A stretch of 63,480 nt of DNA, filler included, from Saprolegnia diclina VS20 (Eukaryota), in NCBI RefSeq assembly GCF_000281045.1. It is 7 parts of 2 records of this genome, joined end to end, with 100 filler letters (N's around TTAATTAATTAA, not from the genome) between each part and the next. Parts side by side here need not be neighbours in the genome. Positions count along the whole stretch, not along the records: positions 24,429 to 37,971 come from NW_008246158.1; positions 38,072 to 39,866 come from NW_008246158.1; positions 39,967 to 43,003 come from NW_008246158.1; positions 43,104 to 47,518 come from NW_008246158.1; 3 more parts are not named here. One strand, 5' to 3'. This document shows, in pieces, positions 34,424-47,100 of this stretch. Both the position numbers and the translations under genes were made by a program. The notes beneath the pieces are model-generated. The model was given only the letters and a program-made list of their open reading frames with translations, was not told the origin of the DNA and made no database searches. Positions within the stretch are counted from its first letter, which is position 1, and each line of letters opens with the position of its first letter.

Positions 34424-36630
34424 TCACATCTTTGTTGGGAGCTCTCGTTGCAAAGCCGATGTTTGCTGCAAGGCGGTGCTCAGGGCCTCAAGCTTGGCGT
34501 CAATGTCCGTCATCGCCGCCTGCAGTTGCTTGACCGCGGCCGCGCTCCGCAGAGTTGCGTCTGCAACCTTGGCTTCCTGCATTGCATCACGATCGCCGAT
34601 GGGCGCGCTTGCCGTCAAGCACTGCTTGAGCACGGGCTCGGTGAAGATCGGGTTGAGCGCTGGCTGGTTACTGCCGACCAACGGTGTGCGCTCGCCGCAC
34701 CATTGATTTTGGAAAACTATCCGGTTCAACGCGTCGCGGTCGGCCTCCGTGAGCCCGAGCATCGTCTCGAGGCGCAGCACGCACCGCGCGTAGCTCGCCA
34801 ACGCCCGCGACTGCAGCTTGGCCCAGTTGCGATCGACGGTCTTGTTCATCATGGCCAAAAGCAAGTTGAGAAGGAGCACAACCATGACCGCGCAATGGAA
34901 CATGCGCAGAATGAAGCCAAAGTGCATGATCGGCCCTTGAAGCAGGTGCTTCTTGTCGTCGCCCTTGGCGTTGAAGTCGCCGACGCCGTTCTCGCCGTAC
35001 ATGACAAAATACGACGCGCGAAAGCTGGCCCAGAGCGTCTTGTAGCTGTCGGACTTTTGCTGAAAGATAAAGTAATACGCGCACGTGAGGCCGCACTGGA
35101 AGACGCCGTAGAAGATGAGAAAGTCCCACACGTCGCCCATGACGTCCTTGACGATCGGGAGGAGGTACCCGGCGGTCTTGTTGACCTCGAGGTACTGAAG
35201 CGAAAGCATCCAGAGGCTCAAAATGATGAAGGCGCCGAGGCAGAGGTAGATGTTCTCAATCACCTCGGCCGTCTCGTACGCTGGGTAGTCGAAGATATGC
35301 AGGGCTGCGTGCGTCCAAGCAAACGGGCCGAGCATGCAGAGGTACGTCGTGATCTGGAGCTTGTTGTTGAACGACGCAAAGTACTTGCGGTACGAGGCCT
35401 TGAAGGGCACGATGAACGGCAGCAGAAACACAAGCACAAACGACCAGAAGAGCTTGCCGAGGACATTGGCGCCTTCGATGCGCTCGAAAATCCACGGATC
35501 TTCGCCGAGGAGCTCGAGGTACTCGAGCACGAGAAAGTACACGGCCGTGATGAGGAGGATGCCAAAGGCAGCGTACGACTGGCACTGCAGCACGGCAAAC
35601 TGCCCCTCGTCGTCGAGCGTGCACGTCACAACGAGCAGCGGTACCGCAATCACGAACGTCCAGAGAATCGTGCGTTTGAGAAGCCACGCGCGCACCTTCT
35701 GCTTGTACTTGGCAACGTGCGGAATGACAAAATGTGGGTCGAGCACATTTTTGCCGTCGTACATCCAGCGCGTGAGCTTGAGGAAGCGCTCGGGCTTGAG
35801 CTGGCGAAGGTGCACAAAGCCAACGAGGCAAAACACGACCGAGAAGAGCCAGACAACGGCACTTGACTGGAGACCAACCTTCTTGGCGTACTCGGCGTAG
35901 AGCTCGTCTGCCTTGGTCGTGTCGTTGGCCGCTGTGGCTTCGTAAAACGCGTCTGCGATCTTGGAGATCGCTTTCAGAATGAACTGCGTCGAGACGATCA
36001 TGGTCATGGCGCCGAGCATGAGGACGTGCATGAGCAGGTGCTGGTAGTACTTGCGGGCGCCGAACAGCTCCCACTTGACGTCCAGCACGCGCTGCAGCAC
36101 GACGTGTTGCAGGAGGTCGTGCTTGGCGCCGCCATCGTCCACGATGCTGTCGTTCAAAACCGAGTACAACGCCGACGACTTGACGTTCTTGTGGCCNNNN
36201 NNNNNNNNNNNNNNNNNNNNNNNNNNNNNNNNNNNNNNNNNNNNNNNNNNNNNNNNNNNNNNNNNNNNNNNNNNNNNNNNNNNNNNNNNNNNNNNNNNNN
36301 NNNNNNNNNNNNNNNNNNNNNNNNNNNNNNNNNNNNNNNNNNNNNNNNNNNNNNNNNNNNNNNNNNNNNNNNNNNNNNNNNNNNNNNNNNNNNNNNNNNN
36401 NNNNGCACAGCGGTGGCGCAAGCGTGGTGGCCGTGCTTCTCGGCGTGCTCGAGCGGCGAGACACCCGCGTTGTCCTCAAGGGCAATGTCGATCTTGGGGT
36501 GGAGGAGGAGCTTCGTGACGGTGTCGTAGTCGCCCTTGGCACACGCGCGCGCGAGCTGCGCCCGGCCCTTGGCGTCGACATCATTGATCGCGTGGTCGAG
36601 GTTCCGCTGCGGGCTGCTGATGCTGCTCAT
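34424..36630 (-). CDS. Ankyrin-containing TRP-like cation channel (spans a gap)
   Basis: N-terminal ankyrin repeats, pre-S1 LLQHVVLQRVLDVKW, six or more hydrophobic segments, pore region SYFVMYGE, S6 VLLLNLLLAMMNKT, C-terminal coiled-coil-like tail. Confidence 0.85.
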
Positions 36631-37026
36631 GGGCGAGGCTGCAAATTGCAAAATAGCGATCTGACGCATGGTTACGAATGAAGAAAGGATTCTGTATTCC
36701 CAGGAGCACTTCTATGGTGGCGATTGACGACGGGACTACTGCGCCTAAGATCTTATAGAACCGTCGTCAATTGATGCCGCAACACTGCGCCTAAGATGTC
36801 GAGACATTTCCTGGCAGGAACCTCAGCTGGACAGTAGTTGACGTTGTAAGCTCAGTCTAGGAACGTACAGTAGTGTACCAGCCTAGATCATGGGATTGAT
36901 CCGTGTCGTGTCTCGACCCGGTGACCGGTAGTCTGCAACATATTCACGCAGCATGTTGGGCGACGGCATCAGCATCAGCATACGTCCAAGCAAGCGTGAA
37001 GCTCGTGGCGACAAATAAACTGTACC

Positions 37027-37108
37027 TATGTGAGCTGTACCCATGTGAGCTGTACCCTTGAGCTGTATGTGAGCTGTACCCATGTGAGCTGTACCCTTGA
37101 GCTGTACC
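37027..37108. repeat. Nested tandem repeat with TGAGCTGTA core
   Basis: tatgtgagctgtacccatgtgagctgtacccttgagctg occurs twice in tandem. Confidence 0.9.
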
Positions 37109-37152
37109 GACAGTTCATGCAAAATGCCAACAAACCAGATGGTTTACAAGCG

Positions 37153-37193
37153 GAGTCGACAGAGGGGATTGTCACAGTCCCCTCTGTCGACTC
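37153..37193. repeat. Near-perfect 20-bp-arm palindrome
   Basis: gagtcgacagaggggattgt-c-acagtcccctctgtcgactc, one G-T mismatch. Confidence 0.9.
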
Positions 37194-38071
37194 GTGCTGT
37201 CGACTCCCTAAAAAGGACACGGGAAAGGCCGCACGTTTCCCAACGGTGGCGCAAGCTCCCCGAATTGACAAACGCTAACGTGGTACAGTGACCATGCTTC
37301 GCCGACATTCTTTCGACGCACCTTGCGCATCGTCACAGAGGAATGGCTCGAGGTTTTCCGCACAAGTCCGAGCGATCCAGAATATCAAGATCTAAAACGA
37401 AAACGCAAGATCCAAGATCCAAGATCCAGACGCAGAGCAAGCGAGCTCAAGCCATTTCCAAATTGGTAGTCAAGTAGCTAACCCGCCTCGCCCACCACTG
37501 GCACGGCGGACGCCAACACGGTTGTTGTCCCCAAGTAGTTCGGTCTTGATTGAGGAAGTTTGTCTTGGCCGTGGATCGCGAGCTCGAGTGAATCGAACGT
37601 CTATGCACATGACCAGAGCTCCAGCGCTCCTTCCACGGTGTGCGTGGCGCCTAGCTATGGCGTCTTGAAGGCCCATTTCAGCTAATCTTCTCTCTCGTAT
37701 CACCATGTTAAGATGTGTGCGTTCACATCTAGTCCTGCTCTCGAGTATAACTTTCACACAAACCGCTCCTTGCAGTGTACGGAGGTGTGGCGGGAATCTT
37801 GATCGCACATAGACACCCAGTAAACGGCGCTCAGTGTAAAGGCATCTTGGGGGATGAGGTGCTGGAAAGTCTGCAACGCCACCTCAACATCTTCTCCGAC
37901 GACTGCAAACGCAAACTCTGCAGTGTCCAAATGACTCTGCCTCGCAACATTCGGCCTCTTGTGGTCCTCTGNNNNNNNNNNNNNNNNNNNNNNNNNNNNN
38001 NNNNNNNNNNNNNNNTTAATTAATTAANNNNNNNNNNNNNNNNNNNNNNNNNNNNNNNNNNNNNNNNNNNN

Positions 38072-38328
38072 AGATCGATCGACGCGATGGCCGTCACGGG
38101 CGCCAACATCGTCAGGAGAGCAGCCGCCGTCCACACCAACAAGCCGTTCAGCATTGCGTAGTAGGCAGCATAGTCCCCGGTGGCCACCAAAAGAATGTCG
38201 TTGACGATCGTAATCAGCCAGGTGACTTCATTCGCCGCCAATAATGTCTTGTACCACGGATCTTGAACAGTAGCCAAGTAACTTATATAGCCCGAGTACT
38301 GCAGCTCGAGCGTCGCTGTCGAGAGGAC
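38072..38328 (-). other. Transmembrane-family fragment nearly identical to ~41107-41363
   Basis: DPWYKTLLAANEVTWLITIVNDILLVATGDY present in both places. Confidence 0.8.
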
Positions 38329-40522
38329 GTCGTGCTTCTGACGCGAGACCACACCAAGGTGTACAGCTCGATAGCGAGTCTGCTCTCGTGGTTGATCCTC
38401 TTCCTATTGGACGTCACAAGTCCTGTGACGGTCTCTGGGACCTTGGATCGCGTCTGCGTCGGCAACGACATGGACTACGCCGTGACGTGTTCGAGCGGCG
38501 TCGTCTCCACTGGCAGCAAATATCGCATCGCTGTGGTCTTGGGGACGCAAGCGACGGTACTTCTCGGATGCCTCGGGCTTGCAGGCGCACAGGCGTGGAT
38601 CACGTGACATCGATCGACTCTAGGCGAGGCGTCGCTACTCCTCAATGGCATCACCCAAGCCCTGGTGACCCCTGCGAACGGCACGAGTAAGTCCAAGTAT
38701 GTCGTCGACCATGTCGCTTGCGCCCTTGCGGGGCTGCTGCCCCTGCGCTACTCGGGTGTGGATTTTATGTTTGACGTGAAACTCTGGCTCTTCCTTCGCG
38801 ATGACGCGGGTGTCTCTAGCCACCTCCGAGTCCTGCGAGCCCCCTCGATGCTCAAAGTCCCATCCAAGGCCCCGTTCGTCGTCGTCACATCAATGCATCG
38901 CGACAGNNNNNNNNNNNNNNNNNNNNNNNNNNNNNNNNNNNNNNNNNNNNNNNNNNNNNNNNNNNNNNNNNNNNNNNNNNNNNNNNNNNNNNNNNNNNNN
39001 NNNNNNGACCGGTTTGAGCTGCAGTGGCAGAACCGGTGGCAGCCCGGCATCACAGAAAGCATTACTCTAGAGAATGCGATCGGCCTCCAACAACTCGTGA
39101 CCGTCAAGAATCTCGCCCAGGGCGCGGGCCCGTGGACGACAAACCTCCTGTTCTGGATCCCACTCAACGACCTCACGCTGGCCAAATACATGAACCGCAG
39201 TTTGGTGCGCGGGACGTCCCGCTTTTTTGATGCCAACCTCTCGGCGTCCTTGCCGGCAAAGGACTTGGAAGTCGTCCAAGGCGTCACAGCCGTCGCGGGT
39301 CAGTTTTTCAACCAATCGGCGCTCTTTCGACGTTTGATTGGTCCGTTCCAGACCGTCGACGTCCTCTACCAGAAAGCACCGTCGGCGTTGACAGCAGCGT
39401 ACGAGAAGGGGCGGCAGATACTTCTTAGTGTTATTGCACCGACTACAACGTTTGCACTGACACCACACGCGTGGCGCAGCGTCGCGTTGTACGGTGGCGG
39501 CAACTTGATGTGCCCCAAAATGCCCCGAACGTCGTTTGTGCAGCAGTCGTTTGATTTTTTCGATGACTGCGCCAAGCCCAAGGCGCTCACAGCAACGCTA
39601 TCGCCACTGACTCTGGTTTTGGCGCGAGCGGCCACAAAGAATCACTCGATTGCAGAGATTTGCGCCGTGGCCTCCCCAGCGGCAGCTTGTGTTGCTGCCA
39701 TCACAGCTGCGGACCAGCTCTTGGAGTCTTTTGCGCTGGACTGGAATACCTCGGTTGCAAATGAGATTGGGCTAAACATTGGCTTGATGCAGTACGCTAC
39801 TGCAGCCAATGGCTCGTGGGTCGTCCTCAAGCAACCTCTGCTTGAGCCCTCGTTTGCGTTCTTTGGNNNNNNNNNNNNNNNNNNNNNNNNNNNNNNNNNN
39901 NNNNNNNNNNTTAATTAATTAANNNNNNNNNNNNNNNNNNNNNNNNNNNNNNNNNNNNNNNNNNNNCATTACGATCGTCAACGACATCCTTCTCGTTGTC
40001 ACAGGACCGTACGCGACGCATTATGCGATTCTCAACGGCCTCTTGGTGTGGGCCATAGCTGCGCTCCTGACCATCTTGGCGCCTGTCACCTCGAAGCTTT
40101 CAGTGCACCTCGACTGTCACTTGAGTAGCGTCGACCACCAAGCCGAGTGTACCTCGGGCGAGCTGCACATTGGGAGTGCGTACCGCATGGCGGTCCTCAT
40201 CGGCGCCGTCCTCGCCTCGCACGGGGTCTGCTACCTCGTCGTCCAACGAACGAGCCGCAAGCCGCCGTCGACGCATGTCGCGTCACTCTTTTTGACGTCG
40301 GGGGCCAAATTCCTGTTTGTGTCGACGCCGTGGATGTACAAGAACGTCTACTACGTCGACCGCGCGTCGGCGGCGCTAGTCGGTTTCTTGACACTGCGCC
40401 TCAGCACCACGTTGGTGGTTTTGGACGTCAAGATTTGGCGCCATTTCCAACTGCCACTGACCAATGACGCGGCGGTGCCGACGGCCCTTCGATGTGGTGT
40501 GCCGCTGCGAGATACGTGTTAG
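38326..40522 (+). other. Gap-separated pieces of transmembrane-family gene(s)
   Basis: LLTRDHT...DMDYAVTCSSG...FDVKLW; WQNRWQPG...GPFQTVD...YGGGN; YVDRASAALVG...DVKIWR with stop at 40522; module order not colinear across gaps. Confidence 0.75.
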
Positions 40523-40694
40523 CAGCGGTGGATTATGGATGATGAATACATTCTCTGTGTTGTCTCTTGGACTGTGCAATATTCGAAATCGGATAGCGAT
40601 GTTTGATTGGCTAAAACTATTTATACATATTGACAGTATTTAGAGATATAATGTGAAAAGACCAAGGACATCTTGTCCATAGAATTAAAATGCA

Positions 40695-43003
40695 CTACTG
40701 AACGACGAGTGGTAGTGCGGCCTGCAGCGGCGGCGGAGTGTCGCGCAGCATGGTTTCAGTCGACACGACAAATGCGCGCCAAATCTTGATGTCGAGGACG
40801 ACCAACTTTTGGCCCCAGCGCAGCGTGAGCAGTCCATTAAGGGCTGCCGACGCGCGGTCCACATAATAGACATTCTTGTACATCCACGGGGATTGCGTAA
40901 ACAAAAACGTAGCGCCCGACGTGAGAAAGAGTGACGAGGCGGCGGTGGACGGCCGGAACTGCACACAACACGAGACAACAACGTAGCAGATCGCATGGGA
41001 GCCGACGACCAAGCCAATCAAAAGCGCCATACGGTCCAGATGGCCAATCTGGACCGAGCCCGAGGTGCAGCTCGCTGCGTAGTCGACGTCGAGCACGTGG
41101 CATTGGAGATCGATCGACGCGATGGCCGTCACGGGCGCCAACATCGTCAGGAGAGCAGCCGCCGTCCACACCAACAAGCCGTTCAGCATTGCGTAGTAGG
41201 CCGCATAGTCCCCGGTGGCCACCAAGAGAATGTCGTTGACGATCGTAATCAGCCAGGTGACTTCGTTCGCCGCCAGTAGCGTCTTGTACCACGGATCTTG
41301 CACAGTAGCCAAGTAACTTACATAGCCCGAGTACTGCAGCTGCAAGGTCGCCGTCGAGAGGACCACCAAGGCTGTCATACTCCGGAGAAGCAAGAACGGC
41401 CGGCCGACCCAGACAACACCCCCGACACGGCCGAGTTCGAGCATGTTCCAGCCCTCAAAGTGACCTCGACTCACAAGCATATAGAGACACGCGAGTGACG
41501 CAACAGCGATCATGACGCCCGTGACGTACAAGACGCCAGAGTGTAAATACTGGGCAATGTTGCTTGGCACCTCCCATGCCTGCGTCGGCTGCGAGAGCGG
41601 CGACTGAATGTCCGTGATGAGCGTCAAATTCCCGACGTCGCCTTGAAACGAAATGACATCGCGGATGCCAACGACCCAGTCGTAGAAGAAGAGCCACGCA
41701 AAAAAGCTAAACGTCGCTTCGTCTTTGGCCAAAAGATCGAGTGTCACGAGTTGGAGCGGCGCCGACGTGTTCTTCGTGGCCAGCATCATGAACGCAATGT
41801 GCAGTGCCTGAATATGCTGTTGCATCTTGCGCACTTGCGCTGGCATATCGCTCGGCAGATCCATAAACGTCGTGATAAACGAGAGTGTAGCGGGCAGGTA
41901 CGTTGCGCACTGAAGCGCAAAGACGGGATCGTTGGCGCAGACCGAGGCAAAGTTGTCGGTGGGCTCAAGCCCCGAGAGAATCGCACCGACGATATACTGC
42001 TGCCGCGTCGGCAAGACCTTGGCGTTCACGCCGGATGAAAGCAAGCAAATCGCGTCGTACGAGAAAATGGCGAGCATGCCGGCGCTCAACAGCTGGCCGT
42101 GCGAAAGCTCCTTGCAGAACGGAGACCCGCCAAACGTCACCCAGTCGGACTTGAGCCACGTGGAGGGACTCGGACGCGAGAGGTCGAGCGGTGTGATCGC
42201 ACGGTAGGCAGCTTGGGCGCTAGGATTCCCAGACAGTGGTGCCCGAGTGAGCTCCACTAACGACGCCATGAGCACTTGCAGGTCGGCTGGCGGCGGTACA
42301 TAGACCATGTCGATCGAGCCAAAGGGCCCGAGGTACGAGCCAATCAGGTGCAACCCTTGCGACAGCGGGGACGGCAGCGTCCCATTGATCGCGTATACAT
42401 TGAAGAGCGAGGTGTTGGCAAAAGCGTAGGTGGCACTGGACCGTAGAAGACTGAGACCACCAATACCAGATGTGTTCATAGCCACGGCCGAGAGATCGTT
42501 GGCCAGCGACCAGTACATCTTGAACGATGTCTGGGATTCCAGGCGGTACGCACTCGCTAGTGATGTCAGCGTCAGCGGATACGCAATGCCAAACGCATTA
42601 ATGATCGAGTAGCTGTTGCGCACACCAAGCTGCTTGTAGTTTTGCCACTGCGTCTCAAACGAAGTGAGACCAAACGATCGCCAGTAGACAGCTTCGTCAT
42701 GCGTACTCAGCTGCGGAGTCGCACCAGAGACCATTGCCAGCCAGTTGCGACCTTCCGACGACAATTGGAGCTCGGCGCCAATGCCAATGTCAAAGCCATT
42801 GCCCCAGCAGCTGTAGAAGATACCGAAATCAATGTTGCGAAGCACTGTCTCCAAGTACACGGCGCCGTTGGTCGTCATACTGGCGTCGCACCTTGCTTGG
42901 CGCTTGATCGAGTTGGCCATCGTCCACGTCTTCTTCATATCGAGATAGCAGTACGGCGAAAAGATCCAGGGGGCGTCACACCCATTCGAGCGTCGCAGTC
43001 CTT
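40695..43003 (-). CDS. Transmembrane-family gene, second module (5' part in gap)
   Basis: 747-aa ORF carrying all module motifs through YVDRASAALNGLL...DIKIWR. Confidence 0.85.
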
Positions 43004-44102
43004 NNNNNNNNNNNNNNNNNNNNNNNNNNNNNNNNNNNNNNNNNNNNTTAATTAATTAANNNNNNNNNNNNNNNNNNNNNNNNNNNNNNNNNNNNNNNNN
43101 NNNGCCTGGCTAAAACGAGCGATATGCAACCGCCAGAGACCGTCAAGATCGCTCACTGCTCGATTGCATAATTACGAAGTGCAGCGGAATGGCGGATATC
43201 TCTGTTGAGATAGTGCAAGCAATAAATTTGTGTCGAAATTGGAGAAGATGCAGCTACAAGCATTCCAAATAGCGAGTATATACAAGGTGTGAGCTATGGT
43301 GTGTGTTTGGCAAAACCGTGCAAGACAGAACGGTGCTGCTGGAGTCCATCTGCAGCCGCATTGCGCAGCGCTTTGCGACCCTTCGAGTACGACGAGGTAT
43401 TTTAACCACTAGGCAACAAACACAACTCAATAACGAGTTCACTCATTTCCGATCTAGTGTTCTAGATATGATCTTCTCATATCATCCGCGCTGCTTGGCC
43501 TCAGCATCGTACAAATGGGCGATTCGCGCTTCTGGTGTCTGGTGGCGCCACGTCACAGGAACGACCATCGAGCGCATGTGATTAGTCCACGAACGTGCAG
43601 ATGAGGAATGTATGCTGAAACCGACGTGTCGGATCGCAACACCGAAGCCATGGCCCATGACTTTCGCCGTGCAATGCCTCGATCACATAAGTCTAAAATG
43701 TATTAGAATACACCTGCATGCCTCCACGAAGTCCCGTTGCCTCCCCTCCCTCCGCCGGCGCCATTAGTCGCCGCGTGCGGCGTCGGTTCTACTGGTATGT
43801 GCTCGGCTGGTATCCGGAATTGTTCGGATGCGGGCTCAAACGGCGTCGTTTAAGTCTGACGACAACTTGCACTCTATTCTCGGGTGGTCTGAGTGCACTG
43901 CGTGCGACCTCGCGATCTATGACTCGGCGAGTGGGTTCTACCACGGCTGAGCTCACTCCGAACGACCAAGTGCTGGTGCCATCTCCAGGCATATAGGCGC
44001 AAGCTACGTACGCGACGATGTTGACTTCTTTGCATCCTTTTGTGCTCATTTGATGGCAACCAAGGACGTTCAATTGAGGATACGACAGAATTATTGCAGC
44101 TG

Positions 44103-47100
44103 CTAATTATCATTGAGGAGGGGCACGGCCGCCATAAAGTCGGGCTTGGTCGTTTGCGGCATCAGATCCAGCGGTATCGCAAAAATCCGCCAGGTCTTGA
44201 TATCGAGAACAATCAGGCGCGAGTCGCTATAGCGCAGCGTAACGAGTCCGTCGAGCACAGCGGACGCACGGTCCACGTAGTACAGATTCTCGCGCAACCA
44301 CATGTTGGGTACGAACAAGTACTTGGCCCCGGACGATAGAAAGAGCGACGTCAGCGCGCTCGACGGCTCGTCACGCAGCCAGCGCCGCGCGATCGCAAAC
44401 GAAACAATTTGAGAGACCAAGACGGCCACGGCCAGCAAGAGCATGCGCTGGAAACTGCCGATGTGGATCGTACCAGCTGTGCACAAGGCATCGGCGTCGA
44501 CTTGGCTCAGATGACACGTCAACGCTATGGACGAGACGGGGGCGACGGGCGCTGCGAGCGTCAAGACACCGGAAAAGGTCCAGACAACAAAACCGTTGGG
44601 CGTGATGTAGTACGCGGTGTACGCGCCCGTCACAATGAGAAAGATGTCGTTGACGATCGTAATCAGCCACGTCACTTCGTTGGCCGCCAATAATGTCTTG
44701 TACCACGGATCTTGCACTGTTACCAAGTAACTGGAATACCCCGAGTATCGCAACTGCACCGTGGCAGTCGAGAGCACAAGGATGGCCGTCATACTTCGGA
44801 GCAGCAAGAACGGTCGGCCGACCCAGACAATGCCGCCGACGCGGCCAAGCTCGAGCATGTTCCAGCCCTCAAACTGGCCCCGCGTGACAATAATGTACAC
44901 AAACGCCAGCGACGCGATCGCAATCATGACGCCGGTCACGTAGAGAACACCCGAGCGGAGATACCGGGCAATGTTATCGGGTACCTCCCAGGGCTGCGTG
45001 GGCTGCGACAGCGGCGTTTGGAGGTCAGTCACCAACACCAGCGTTTGAGTATCACCTTGAAACGAGATCACTTCCCGATAGCCGAACACCCAGTCGTAGA
45101 GGAAGAGCCAACCAAAGAAGCTAAAGTCGCTTTCTGTCGCATCGAGCAGATTGGTCATGCGCAGCTCAAGGGGCGCGGTCAACGACGTGCGAGCGTAGAT
45201 CATGAGCGAAATGTTCATGGCGCGGACTCGCGTTGCCATGACCGCCATGGCAGAAGCCAAGGGCGGTGGGACCTGCATGTAGTCGCGGATGTACGCGCTC
45301 GTTGTTGGCAAGTACACGCGACATTGTGTAGTAAACGACGGGTCGAGCGCGCATACGGCCGTCAAGTTGCTGCTCGTGGACGTGAGATTCGCAAGGAGGC
45401 TGCCGAGAACGTATTGCTGACGCGTCGGCTGCAGCTTGGCAGAGACGCCTGTCGCGACCAAGCAAATAGCGTCAAAGGAGAGGAGACTTGTGAGACCCAA
45501 ATTGGTTTTTTGGCCGGAATTGAACTCGGTACAGAGCGGCGACCCGCCGTACGTGAAGACTCCGGTGGACAACCACGCTTTGGGCGCAGGGCGGGAAAGA
45601 TCCAGCGGTGTAATGTTGTAGTAGGCAGCTTGAGCGCTGAGGTTCCCAGCGAGCGGAGCCCGCGTGAGCTCCAACAGCGTCGACATGAGCTCCTGCAGGT
45701 CGGTTGGCGGCGGTACATAGACCATGTCGATCGAGCCAAAGGGCCCGAGGTACGACGAAACGAGTTGTAGTCCTTGCGACAGTGGGGACGCCANNNNNNN
45801 NNNNNNNNNNNNNNNNNNNNNNNNNNNNNNNNNNNNNNNNNNNNNNNNNNNNNNNNNNNNNNNNNNNNNNNNNNNNNNNNNNNNNNNNNNNNNNNNNNNN
45901 NNNNNNNNNNNNNNNNNNNNNNNNNNNNNNNNNNNNNNNNNNNNNNNNNNNNNNNNNNNNNNNNNNNNNNNNNNNNNNNNNNNNNNNNNNNNNNNNNNNN
46001 NNNNNNNNNNNNNNNNNNNNNNNNNNNNNNNNNNNNNNNNNNNNNNNNNNNNNNNNNNNNNNNNNNNNNNNNNNNNNNNNNNNNNNNNNNNNNNNNNNNN
46101 NNNNNNNNNNNNNNNNNNNNNNNNNNNNNNNNNNNNNNNNNNNNNNNNNNNNNNNNNNNNNNNNNNNNNNNNNNNNNNNNNNNNNNNNNNNNNNNNNNNN
46201 NNNNNNNNNNNNNNNNNNNNNNNNNNNNNNNNNNNNNNNNNNNNNNNNNNNNNNNNNNNNNNNNNNNNNNNNNNNNNNNNNNNNNNNNNNNNNNNNNNNN
46301 NNNNNNNNNNNNNNNNNNNNNNNNNNNNNNNNNNNNNNNNNNNNNNNNNNNNNNNNNNNNNNNNNNNNNNNNNNNNNNNNNNNNNNNNNNNNNNNNNNNN
46401 NNNNNNNNNNNNNNNNNNNNNNNNNNNNNNNNNNNNNNNNNNNNNNNNNNNNNNNNNNNNNNNNNNNNNNNNNNNNNNNNNNNNNNNNNNNNNNNNNNNN
46501 NNNNNNNNNNNNNNNNNNNNNNNNNNNNNNNNNNNNNNNNNNNNNNNNNNNNNNNNNNNNNNNNNNNNNNNNNNNNNNNNNNNNNNNNNNNNNNNNNNNN
46601 NNNNNNNNNNNNNNNNNNNNNNNNNNNNNNNNNNNNNNNNNNNNNNNNNNNNNNNNNNNNNNNNNNNNNNNNNNNNNNNNNNNNNNNNNNNNNNNNNNNN
46701 NNNNNNNNNNNNNNNNNNNNNNNNACACCCATGACGAGACGCCGCCGTCGTTGATAGAGGTTGGACGAACCCTTCCGCTGCAAGCGAGGCAGAGGGTTGA
46801 TTTTTATCGAGCGGTCGACTAGAACGGGGCGTGGCAGGACTTTGAGAAAATCAGTGGTCGACCGGTCGTCCTTGAGCAGGAGCCAGAGCTTGATGTCAAA
46901 GGTGTATTCGACACCGCGGAAGCGCAGTGCGAGCAAACCCGCGAGGACACAGGCCACGTCATCAATGACGTACTGAGTGGTTGTTGTACCGGGCGCGGTG
47001 GCCATAAACTCTTCAGCAATGCCGCTCACGAGGAGGGAAGCTTCCGACGCTTTCGTACTGAGGTACCGCCACCGGCTCGAGAGTCGAAGCGCGGTCCATA

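Larger units (their letters stand above)
36874..37287. mobile_element. Possible solo LTR or small repeat element
   Basis: Bounded by TGTACCA...TGGTACA; contains tandem repeats and a hairpin; no clean target duplication. Confidence 0.35.

Noticed and set aside
34418..35866. Long antisense ORFs (also 20446-21555, 51412-52584, 61436-62446)
   Set aside because: Shadows of GC-rich coding sequence on the other strand
37027..37108. Repeat array as CRISPR-like
   Set aside because: No unique spacers, no cas genes, eukaryotic context
45472..46822. Long ORFs spanning N runs (also 5167-6084, 25660-27086)
   Set aside because: Length is an artefact of translating through gaps
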